Shown one piece after another: positions 28,435 to 36,044 of a stretch of 51,482 nt of DNA (positions are counted from its first letter, which is position 1; every line of letters begins with the position of its first letter). The stretch lies in the NCBI GenBank assembly GCA_018819085.1, contig JAHJQT010000059.1, positions 1-51,482 of the forward strand. The letters run 5' to 3'. The notes under the pieces are model-generated. The model was given only the letters and a program-made list of their open reading frames with translations. It did no database searches and was not told where the DNA came from. This DNA is from Patescibacteria group bacterium (GTDB taxonomy: Bacteria > Patescibacteriota > Minisyncoccia > Portnoybacterales > UBA2143). The translations under genes were made by a program, and so were the position numbers.

Positions 28435-29700
28435 TTACTTTTTAAAATAATAGGCAGATTTCATATAATTTTCAAGTAAATAAAGACATTTTGAAAATTG
28501 CGCTTTAGGAATTTTTAATTCATCTCCATCGTAAGTATAATTAATATAATTTTTTTTAAAAAGACTAAATACTGATTCCAATTCTTTTTCTTCTGCCTTA
28601 GTCAGAGGATTATTATCTAAAAATCGACCTAAATTAAATCTACTTAATCTTTTTATACCAGTATATATATTAAAAACAGGATAAATATTAGTTTTTTTAA
28701 AATTATGAAAAATTCTCATCGGAATCATATTTGCGTCTAATAAGAACTTATAAAGTCTCAATCTTTTAAAATTCATTCCTAATCCAAAACGCAAATGACT
28801 TTTAGCCATCAACCCTAAACCCAAAATACTTGGAAAAGCACCTGAGTAACCATTATAGCAAACACTTATTTTAGCATGTTCTATATTTTTCCCTAAACAC
28901 CATTCATCATAAACTTTTTGATATCCTCTTTTTCTTAAAATCTTTTCAAAATATAATAGATCTATTTTTTTCTGATAAGTGCTATAACGATGAATTTTTT
29001 TTCCATAATAATTATTTTCTTGCTGCGCCCTTAATTTATAAAAATGCATTCCATTAGGATGAAAATCAAGCACCTGCTTAAATTCATTCAGTCTATTATT
29101 ACAATATAATAATTCATTTCTAAAGCCATACATTAAGTCAACGGACCAAATAAAATCACTTTCTGCTAAAGTTTTAAGGCAATCAAGAATAACTTTTCTA
29201 GAAGTTCTTCTATTTTCTTGCTTCAAAATATTATCATTAAGCGTTTGAACACCTAATTGAATTTTAGTTACATTATATTTTTTTAACTCTTCTAAATATG
29301 ATTCAAAATCATCACAAGGTAAAATTTCTACAATAAATCTTTCTAAATTATTAAAATCTACTAATTTTTCTAAAGGTTTAATTAATAATTCAGGAGAAAC
29401 CAAATTAGGAGTGCCTCCACCAATATGAACATTCTTAAATTTAAAACCATTTAAAATATCAGCATACAATAAAATTTCTTTATTATAATATTTTAAAAAT
29501 TCATCTGAATTAAATTGATTATATAAACAAGGCTTATAAATGCAAAAATTACAAAAATTTGAACAGAAAGGATAATTAATGTATAAAAGACTATCTTTTC
29601 TTATTTTTTTTAATTCGAGTCTTAATATTTTTTCAATACCCCTACTCTGCTTAAATATGTTTTTAAAATCTTTATCTCTTTTATTAATATTGTTTTTCAT
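28435..29700 (-). CDS. HemN/HemW-like (class C type) radical SAM protein
   Basis: YPFCSNFCNFCIY triad context and HIGGGTPNL motif. 421 aa. Confidence 0.8.
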   Translation of the reverse strand: MKNNINKRDKDFKNIFKQSRGIEKILRLELKKIRKDSLLYINYPFCSNFCNFCIYKPCLYNQFNSDEFLKYYNKEILLYADILNGFKFKNVHIGGGTPNLVSPELLIKPLEKLVDFNNLERFIVEILPCDDFESYLEELKKYNVTKIQLGVQTLNDNILKQENRRTSRKVILDCLKTLAESDFIWSVDLMYGFRNELLYCNNRLNEFKQVLDFHPNGMHFYKLRAQQENNYYGKKIHRYSTYQKKIDLLYFEKILRKRGYQKVYDEWCLGKNIEHAKISVCYNGYSGAFPSILGLGLMAKSHLRFGLGMNFKRLRLYKFLLDANMIPMRIFHNFKKTNIYPVFNIYTGIKRLSRFNLGRFLDNNPLTKAEEKELESVFSLFKKNYINYTYDGDELKIPKAQFSKCLYLLENYMKSAYYFKK

Positions 29701-29709
29701 AAAATGAAA

Positions 29710-30807
29710 CTATAAAATTTTACTTTCTGGAGATCTACGACAGCATCTTTGACAGACATAAAACAATCCATTATTTTTTATTTCATTGAAAAGTTTTTTT
29801 GCTCTCTGACCATTTAATATTTCTTCTAATGGCATTTTTTTTATATTACCAAGATAATAAAAAGAAATACTACATCCAGGGAATACATCTCCATTTTGAT
29901 CTATCCTTATTTGTTTAAAAACATTAGGACAACTATTAATTTTATGGCAACCATCAGAAAACCATTTTTTATACTTTTTGTCTGAATCAAAATCAGGAAA
30001 AAATAATACACGCATTCTAGATTTTTCAGATAATTTTCTTTTTATTAAATTAATTTTTCTTACAACTTCATTTATTTCTTTTTTATTAAGCTTGCCTAAT
30101 TTATTATCTAATCCCTCTATTAATTTTGCTCGCTCTTCATAAACATTAAATCTTTCATGAAATTCATTAACGCATTTATCTATAATTAAAGAATTTGACC
30201 ATTGTGCCAACGAAAAAGAAAGTACATCGCATTTAACATCTTCAGCTAAAGACAAAACACTATCAAAAGATCCTACATTTAATTTATTTATTACAGTATT
30301 AATAGCTAATAAGGGAAGGTAAAAATTAATATTTTCTTTCATTATTTGTAATTTTTTAATGCTTTCTAATGTTCTATTAAAGTTTCCATTACCTCTATTG
30401 GCATCGTGATCAACAGAATTTCCATCTATGGAAAACATTAAAGCAGAAGTTTGATTTTTAATTAATTCCGAAAAAATCTTTTTGTCATTATGTGTTCCAT
30501 TTGTAAATATCATTAATTTAACTTTTTGTTTTTTTGCATGTTTCAATATATTAAAAATATTAGGATTTAAAAATGGCTCCCCACCAGATAAATTAATCGT
30601 AATATCATTATAATCTTCAAATCGCTTCAATTGTTCTACCAGCTTTTTAAAAAGTTCAAAAGTGAAATTACAACTCTTATTATTAAAAAAAGATATCTTT
30701 TTTTCTTTAATGCCTGTTAAAAAACATGTCTTACATTTTAAATTACATAAGTTTGTTGTTTCAATAGTAATTTTTTCTAAATAATTATTCAAAAATTTTA
30801 ATTTCAT
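29710..30807 (-). CDS. Radical SAM/SPASM-domain protein (possible HxsC counterpart)
   Basis: CNLKCKTC triad and SGGEPFLNPN motif. C-terminal Cys-rich region CPNVFKQIRIDQNGDVFPGC...CQRCC. The HxsC idea rests only on size and context. Confidence 0.75.
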   Translation of the reverse strand: MKLKFLNNYLEKITIETTNLCNLKCKTCFLTGIKEKKISFFNNKSCNFTFELFKKLVEQLKRFEDYNDITINLSGGEPFLNPNIFNILKHAKKQKVKLMIFTNGTHNDKKIFSELIKNQTSALMFSIDGNSVDHDANRGNGNFNRTLESIKKLQIMKENINFYLPLLAINTVINKLNVGSFDSVLSLAEDVKCDVLSFSLAQWSNSLIIDKCVNEFHERFNVYEERAKLIEGLDNKLGKLNKKEINEVVRKINLIKRKLSEKSRMRVLFFPDFDSDKKYKKWFSDGCHKINSCPNVFKQIRIDQNGDVFPGCSISFYYLGNIKKMPLEEILNGQRAKKLFNEIKNNGLFYVCQRCCRRSPESKIL

Positions 30808-30813
30808 ATTTTT

Positions 30814-31872
30814 TTATTTTTCACTTAAAATATTATTACAATAGTGTTTATAATACCAGAAACTAGGCAATACAGAGATAAATTTCTGTTGTTTTGTAAA
30901 AATACTTTTATATTTTCCTCTTACTGCAACCATAGCAGCATTATCTCCACAAAACTCTTTTTTTAATGGTGCTTTGAAAACAATTTTATTTTTAACAGCA
31001 ATATTTTTTATTTTATCTTTAAAAATAGAATTAGCAGAAACACCACCAACTAAATGCATTTCTTTAACCTTATAATCTTTAGCAATTTTTAAGAATTCTT
31101 GTCCTAATAAATTAAAGATATAATCTAAAAAACTAAAAGATAAATTTCTTTGAAAATTCTCATTTAATAAATTTTTTCTATATTTTGAGTAAATTTTTTC
31201 AATTGCCTTATTTGTATCTAAAATTATTAACGTATTTTTATTTCGTTTAATTCTTATTTCGTTTAATTCAGGAATTTCTATTTTTTTTCCTCTTTTAGCA
31301 AGATCAGAAAGCATATTTCCACCATCACCAGTTTTTATAATCTTAATTCTCATTCCATGGCAAAATACATCAAAAAGTGCTGCAATTCCATTAAAAGAAT
31401 TTTTTTTAGAATCCCATACTATGGAAATTAACTTATTAATTTTTTTGTGACTTTCCTGATAATATATAGCTGTATGAGCACCAGAGACGCTTAAACCAAG
31501 AATAGGAAATTTGAATTCTTTTTCTTGTCTTTCGAGCCAATTTGAATAAAGATGTGCAATTTCATGATCAATGCCTATGATTTTCTTTTTTTTAGAATAA
31601 CCTAAAATACAAGCAGCTGTAACACCTATTGGAAGAGATTGAAATGTACCCTTTTTATTAATAACTGAGATTAATTTAATTTTGTTCCATGTGTTATCAG
31701 GCAATAAATTTAAAAGATCTACCAAATTTTTTATATGAGCACTAAAAAATCTATCAGCATCTTGATCATAAAGATCTATACTTATAGATTTGTTAAATTT
31801 AACTTTATTATTATTATCAATTAAAGCTAATCCAGTAGTATGAAATGTTGTGTCAATACCTAAAAATAACAT
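30814..31872 (-). CDS. Second divergent Kae1/TsaD-family protein
   Basis: FLGIDTT start, DHEIAH His pair, SVSGAHT, VGGVSAN and CGDNAAMVA motifs. It is the first gene after the hairpin at 31913-31940. Confidence 0.65.
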   Translation of the reverse strand: MLFLGIDTTFHTTGLALIDNNNKVKFNKSISIDLYDQDADRFFSAHIKNLVDLLNLLPDNTWNKIKLISVINKKGTFQSLPIGVTAACILGYSKKKKIIGIDHEIAHLYSNWLERQEKEFKFPILGLSVSGAHTAIYYQESHKKINKLISIVWDSKKNSFNGIAALFDVFCHGMRIKIIKTGDGGNMLSDLAKRGKKIEIPELNEIRIKRNKNTLIILDTNKAIEKIYSKYRKNLLNENFQRNLSFSFLDYIFNLLGQEFLKIAKDYKVKEMHLVGGVSANSIFKDKIKNIAVKNKIVFKAPLKKEFCGDNAAMVAVRGKYKSIFTKQQKFISVLPSFWYYKHYCNNILSEK

Positions 31873-31910
31873 ATAAAATCATTATATCAAATTATTTACT
31901 TTATTTACAT

Positions 31911-31942
31911 ACAAAAACAACCTATCAATAGGTTGTTTTTTG
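31911..31942 (-). terminator. Intrinsic-terminator-like hairpin between the repeat-protein operon and the enzyme operon
   Basis: Arms aaaaacaacctat (31913-31925) and ataggttgttttt (31928-31940) are perfectly complementary. They are flanked by A/T runs, so a U-tract follows on either strand. The hairpin lies 22 nt downstream of the stop of 31962..32954. Confidence 0.55.
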
Positions 31943-31961
31943 AAAATAAATATTAAAAAAA

Positions 31962-32954
31962 TTATTTATTATATTCTTCAGAATAAAATTCACACATTAA
32001 ATTTTTAGCTTGATTATGAAATATTTCACAATCTTCATATTTTTTCAGTTCACATTCTTTTGTTCCATTAAACCCAAAATCTTTACAATTTATATAATCC
32101 AAACTCATCACATAATGTTTACATTTTTCTTTTGAATCTAAATCTGGAATAGAATCACATAATTCTAAAGCTAATTCTTTATCACCAACACGAAAAGCCA
32201 AAGATGATCTCATCAAAAATTGAACACTTAATAAATCAACATCGTTTGACCATGGAAACTCTATATTATCTTTCTCAAAATTAGACCAATCATTGCTATA
32301 TCTAATAATATTTTCGCATAGACTATTACATCTACGTTCTGCTTCATTAAACACTTCTTTAGAAAGTTTATTTCTTCTTTCTGGTAATAATGCTCCTGAA
32401 TTTAAACAAATTTCTAAAAAATAATCTGTTATTTTATTATTTGGACATATTTTTTCTATAGGCATTAAAGCAATGCCATTAGCATATTCATATTGAACAC
32501 TTAATAATCCTATCTTATTATTATTTTCATCATATCTATTAAGTATTGCACCTAATGAATCTATGCTTAGAATATATTCCTTTGTATAATCTGAAATTTT
32601 TAATTCTTGAATTAAAGATGTTGTTCTTTTATATAATTCATTAAATATATGTTTATCAAAATCTTCTCTATAATTAATTAATTCACATGATAAATACCGT
32701 ACCATTTCAAAATTAATCATTTCTAATTCCTTATCTGTAAAAAAATTTGAATTATTTATTTCTTTTATAAATTTCTCATCACTCATTTTATTAACTTTTT
32801 CTAAGCAATTTGATTTAATTTCTAATTTTGTTGTGTCTGAAGAATTATTAAAAAAATTATATTTTTCTTGCGAATATAAAAAACTGGCCAATAAACCAAC
32901 CATTAATAAAACAACTATTAATATAAATAATAATATTTTATTTTTTAAATTCAT
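31962..32954 (-). CDS. Membrane-anchored Cys-rich hypothetical protein
   Basis: N-terminal hydrophobic helix ILLFILIVVLLMVGLLASFLY followed by a ~300-aa domain with many Cys residues. It starts 11 nt after the stop of the His-Xaa-Ser ORF. Confidence 0.6.
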   Translation of the reverse strand: MNLKNKILLFILIVVLLMVGLLASFLYSQEKYNFFNNSSDTTKLEIKSNCLEKVNKMSDEKFIKEINNSNFFTDKELEMINFEMVRYLSCELINYREDFDKHIFNELYKRTTSLIQELKISDYTKEYILSIDSLGAILNRYDENNNKIGLLSVQYEYANGIALMPIEKICPNNKITDYFLEICLNSGALLPERRNKLSKEVFNEAERRCNSLCENIIRYSNDWSNFEKDNIEFPWSNDVDLLSVQFLMRSSLAFRVGDKELALELCDSIPDLDSKEKCKHYVMSLDYINCKDFGFNGTKECELKKYEDCEIFHNQAKNLMCEFYSEEYNK

Positions 32955-32965
32955 AAATTTTATAT

Positions 32966-33406
32966 TTAATATGACGAATGAGAGCCATGGGATCCGTGTG
33001 AACTATGTGAGCCATGGGATCCGTGTGAGCCATGTGAACCATGGGAACCATGTGAACCGTGGGAACCATGTGAACCGTGGGAACCATGTGAGCCGTGGGA
33101 ACCATGTGAGCCGTGGGAACCATGTGAGCCGTGGGAACCATGTGAGCCGTGAGAGCTATGGGAACCATGAGAAGAATGGGAACCATGAGAACTGTGAGAG
33201 CTATGGGATCCATGAGAGCTGTGAGAGGCATGAGTACAAGCTGCTGAAGCTGGATCTGCTTTCATTGCTCCAGCTAGACCAACACCTAAGGCCACAAAAG
33301 TTAATGCTATTTTAGCAACACTTTTTTTATTGATTCTTCCTTCTTCACTCGTTAAAAAAGCCTTGATATCTTTTTTAATCTGAGGTATTTTTATTTTTTT
33401 TATCAT
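32966..33406 (-). CDS. His-Xaa-Ser repeat protein (HxsA-like candidate radical SAM substrate)
   Basis: The 58-aa N-terminal part has a hydrophobic stretch and an ASA site. It is followed by ~29 consecutive H-[GSA]-S triplets and a terminal Tyr. It is the longest of three frames open across the repeat, and the only one with a plausible N-terminal domain and operon fit. Confidence 0.75.
   Translation of the reverse strand: MIKKIKIPQIKKDIKAFLTSEEGRINKKSVAKIALTFVALGVGLAGAMKADPASAACTHASHSSHGSHSSHSSHGSHSSHGSHSSHGSHGSHGSHGSHGSHGSHGSHGSHGSHGSHGSHGSHGSHGSHGSHGSHSSHGSHGSHSSY
32972..33232. repeat. Coding tandem repeat (9-nt His-Xaa-Ser unit, with a core of near-perfect 18-nt units)
   Basis: Visible units ccatgtgaaccgtgggaa and ccatgtgagccgtgggaa repeat head-to-tail between ~33030 and ~33150. 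Degenerate copies flank this core. Confidence 0.9.
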
Positions 33407-33456
33407 TGAATGATTAATCTAATATTACAAAACAGAAGCAGTTTTTACTTTTTTTA

Positions 33457-33465
33457 ATTATAACA
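33457..33465 (-). promoter_or_regulatory. Candidate extended -10 element (TGTTATAAT) upstream of the His-Xaa-Ser ORF
   Basis: The reverse complement of 33457-33465 reads TGTTATAAT, ~50 nt upstream of the ATG at 33406. No convincing -35 was found. TATAAT-like strings are common in DNA this AT-rich. Confidence 0.25.
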
Positions 33466-33520
33466 AATAAAATAGATAAAGGATAGATTGCATGTGGATA
33501 ATTATTATTGAAAATTTAAA

Positions 33521-33560
33521 CAGCCAGAGGAAAATTTTCTCCTGGCTGTTATTTTTTTTG
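33521..33560 (-). terminator. Hairpin downstream of the lipoprotein gene
   Basis: cagccag (33521-33527) pairs with ctggctg (33542-33548), with further imperfect pairing. T/A runs lie on both sides, and the T-run is actually stronger on the plus strand. Confidence 0.35.
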
Positions 33561-33571
33561 CTTGAAAATAT

Positions 33572-34225
33572 TTAAGATGGGGTATCTCCTCCTGAACGTG
33601 GCCGAGACCTATCTCGCGGATCAACGTCTCCCTTGAAATAAATGTTAAACGTCGACTCAATTATGAGCCACTTCCCATTTTGATTTACTAAATGAAGTTC
33701 TTTAGTTAACCAAAGGAGATCCCCTCCTTCAGCAGAGATTGATGCTACAGCATCAACCTCTGCTGTTAACCCGTTAACTTCGATTTCGAAAGATTCGTAT
33801 TTTACAAATCCTGCCGCCTCAAATGCGGCTGGAAACATCTTCGTGTAAACCATCTTTGTCACAATTCGTTGTTCTCGCCCAACCATAATTTTCGCTTCTG
33901 AGTGGAATAATGAAAGATATCCCACCACGTCCCTCTTATTCCATGTCTGCTCAGACTTAAACAAAACTTCTCTAACTAAGTCTTTCGCTCCTGTTGTGAT
34001 AGAAGAAGTGGGAGTAGTTACAATGATGGGCCCAGAATCACGAGCTGGATTATAGACAGCGTTAGAACTAATGTTTCCAGCACCTCCAGAAGAAGGACCT
34101 CCGCTCCTAATTTGAATATTCATTCCGGCTACTGAATAGCCACCAATGAGATGTTCACCACCACATGCCGTAAGAAACGTTCCTACAGCTACTATTGTCA
34201 TTACTATCATTAGATTCTTTCTCAT
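33572..34225 (-). CDS. Lipoprotein with NTF2/SnoaL-like C-terminal domain; compositionally foreign
   Basis: Lipobox in MRKNLMIVMTIVAVGTFLTAC-GG. Strong SD (AGGAGGAAAAATC before the ATG). Clearly higher G+C than both neighbours. The NTF2-like call is a weak impression from the C-terminal half. Confidence 0.7.
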   Translation of the reverse strand: MRKNLMIVMTIVAVGTFLTACGGEHLIGGYSVAGMNIQIRSGGPSSGGAGNISSNAVYNPARDSGPIIVTTPTSSITTGAKDLVREVLFKSEQTWNKRDVVGYLSLFHSEAKIMVGREQRIVTKMVYTKMFPAAFEAAGFVKYESFEIEVNGLTAEVDAVASISAEGGDLLWLTKELHLVNQNGKWLIIESTFNIYFKGDVDPRDRSRPRSGGDTPS

Positions 34226-34321
34226 GATTTTTCCTCCTTGATTTACAGATTTCAGTTAACTAAAAATATATAAAAATTGTGAAAAAACTATACTTATGTT
34301 GATAAAATAGCATACTGGCTA

Positions 34322-35770
34322 TCACTTGTCAAGCCATTTTTTGAAAATTTCTTTTATTTTTGGATCTTGCAATTTTTCAAATAAGAAAGAAATCATAGCT
34401 TTATTGATCTTACATCTTTCATTGGTTGGCATTTGTCCAAAAATATTTCCTTGTTCAGCATAATTATAAATAGGACAGATTCCACAATATGGCTTATAAG
34501 CACAATCATCACATCCAGCTAAACCATCAAGACAAGAAGCAGTACATAAAGTTCTCACTATTGGATTTCCAACTATTTCCTGATATGTATTTTCTTTAAC
34601 ATTTCCTAAACAAAAACTTTCATCGTTCATCATACTCATCATTCTTCCCTCATCGCAAGTATAGACATTACCGTTATAATTATAAGCTAATTGACCTATT
34701 CCTGCTCCACAAGGAGATCTAAAATCTAAATGGTTAGGATCTTTTTCAGTTAAAATTTTCTTTAAAAAAGTTACAGCTGCTTTTTCTCTAACTTTTTTTC
34801 CTTTAAGATTTAATCCTATAATATACGAAAGAGCATTTTTGTAAAAATTAATATATTCATCAGCTGTATAGCCTATTTTTTTAAAACTTTCTTTAAGAAG
34901 TCCAAAAGGATTTAATGGTCTTCCTAAATAAAAATCATCAAAACCTAATTTTATATACTCATCAACTATTTCCTTATAATAAGACAGAGAGAAACGACTT
35001 ATGGTTACAGATAGTCCTATTTTGAAAATATACCCTTTTTTTCTTAATTGCGGATATAATTTAAAAAATTTCTTAGACCATTTAGTTGCATAATAATAGC
35101 TATTACCCTTAACCATTGGACGATTCTTATTATGAACTTTTTCAGGACCATCTATAGAAACACAAAAACTGACATTTTTATCAAGCAAATACTTAAATTT
35201 TTCCTCGGTCATTAATGAAAAGTTGGAAACTAGTCTAATCTCTAAATCTTTTTTAGCCTTTTTATTCTTTTTATAAGCTTCTTCTATGATAAATTTAACT
35301 ATTGGCCAATTTACTAATGGCTCGCCTCCTTGAAATTCAATAGCAACAAAAGGACTTGTTGTTTGAAATATTTTTTCAACAACATTTTTAGCTGTTTCTT
35401 TATCCATATCTAAATCAGTCCTGTCCATTGCTTGAGCGCTAGCATGACAATAAACACATTTATGATTACATCTTAAGGTGACAACAACAATATGCAAACT
35501 TGGACCATTGAATAAAAAAGAATTTTTTAAACGATATTTATCTATTGATTCTGTTAAATCTAAATCTTTTTTAATAAAACTCTTTTTATTTAAGGATAAA
35601 TATGGTTCTTTGTCTTTTTCTAAATTATCAGATAAAAAATCTTTAAATTCTTTTTTTGTTAAAAATAAAAAACCACCAACATCATTTGTTAAAAGATATT
35701 TATCTTTTATTTTTTTAAAACGAAAAAATCCAAGCTTATTATATTTAATTTTTTTTAAGTCAGATAACAT
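34322..35770 (-). CDS. Radical SAM/SPASM maturase, anSME-like architecture (HxsB-like)
   Basis: CNHKCVYC triad and FQGGEPLVNW motif. SPASM region CGAGIGQLAYNYNGNVYTCDEGR...CDDCAYKPYCGICP. N-terminal FRFKKIKDKYLLTNDVGGFLFLTKKEFKDFL extension. 482 aa. Confidence 0.85.
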   Translation of the reverse strand: MLSDLKKIKYNKLGFFRFKKIKDKYLLTNDVGGFLFLTKKEFKDFLSDNLEKDKEPYLSLNKKSFIKKDLDLTESIDKYRLKNSFLFNGPSLHIVVVTLRCNHKCVYCHASAQAMDRTDLDMDKETAKNVVEKIFQTTSPFVAIEFQGGEPLVNWPIVKFIIEEAYKKNKKAKKDLEIRLVSNFSLMTEEKFKYLLDKNVSFCVSIDGPEKVHNKNRPMVKGNSYYYATKWSKKFFKLYPQLRKKGYIFKIGLSVTISRFSLSYYKEIVDEYIKLGFDDFYLGRPLNPFGLLKESFKKIGYTADEYINFYKNALSYIIGLNLKGKKVREKAAVTFLKKILTEKDPNHLDFRSPCGAGIGQLAYNYNGNVYTCDEGRMMSMMNDESFCLGNVKENTYQEIVGNPIVRTLCTASCLDGLAGCDDCAYKPYCGICPIYNYAEQGNIFGQMPTNERCKINKAMISFLFEKLQDPKIKEIFKKWLDK

Positions 35771-35777
35771 TTTTAAT

Positions 35778-36044
35778 TTATGACCTCATTAAAAAAAAGA
35801 CGTAATTACAAAACTCGTCTTTAATTATTTTTTCAACGCTTTTGTCAATATTGCTCAATTCTACCTGAATATATTTTTTTGTTTTCTTAAAGCTAAAATC
35901 AGCTAAATTATTATATTCTTTTATAGCTGATTTTATTGATTTAAGATTATATAAGTTTTTATTAAAACTAATCAGTATTCTCTCTTTTTTGTTACGCTGT
36001 TTTCCTGTTTTGTTTTTTGATTGTTTTTTCTGTTTTTTCACCAT
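35778..36044 (-). CDS. Small HxsD-like domain protein (second copy)
   Basis: The ORF track gives a TTG start at 36068. I prefer the ATG at 36042-36044 (MVKKQKK...). The C-terminal part ILISFNKNLYNLKSIKSAIKEY...IIKDEFCNYVFFLMR is co-linear with the upstream HxsD-like ORF. It overlaps that ORF by ~50 nt. Confidence 0.4.
   Translation of the reverse strand: MVKKQKKQSKNKTGKQRNKKERILISFNKNLYNLKSIKSAIKEYNNLADFSFKKTKKYIQVELSNIDKSVEKIIKDEFCNYVFFLMRS

Noticed and set aside
32972-33232. Possible CRISPR array, because of short regularly spaced repeats
   Set aside because: The units are contiguous with no unique spacers. The period is 9/18 nt and the array is in-frame coding sequence. No cas genes are in the window.
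32833-33315. ORF-track entries 32833..33315 (+) and 32938..33231 (-), which run through the His-Xaa-Ser repeat in other frames
   Set aside because: They are open only because an 18-nt tandem repeat lacks stops in every frame. They have no plausible N-terminal domain or start context, and they overlap the better-supported HxS ORF and the start of 31962..32954.
34322-35770. Calling the 482-aa rSAM/SPASM protein an anaerobic sulfatase-maturating enzyme
   Set aside because: The architecture is anSME-like, but no sulfatase gene is in the window. The gene sits next to HxsD-like genes and a His-Xaa-Ser repeat ORF, so a peptide-maturase role fits better.
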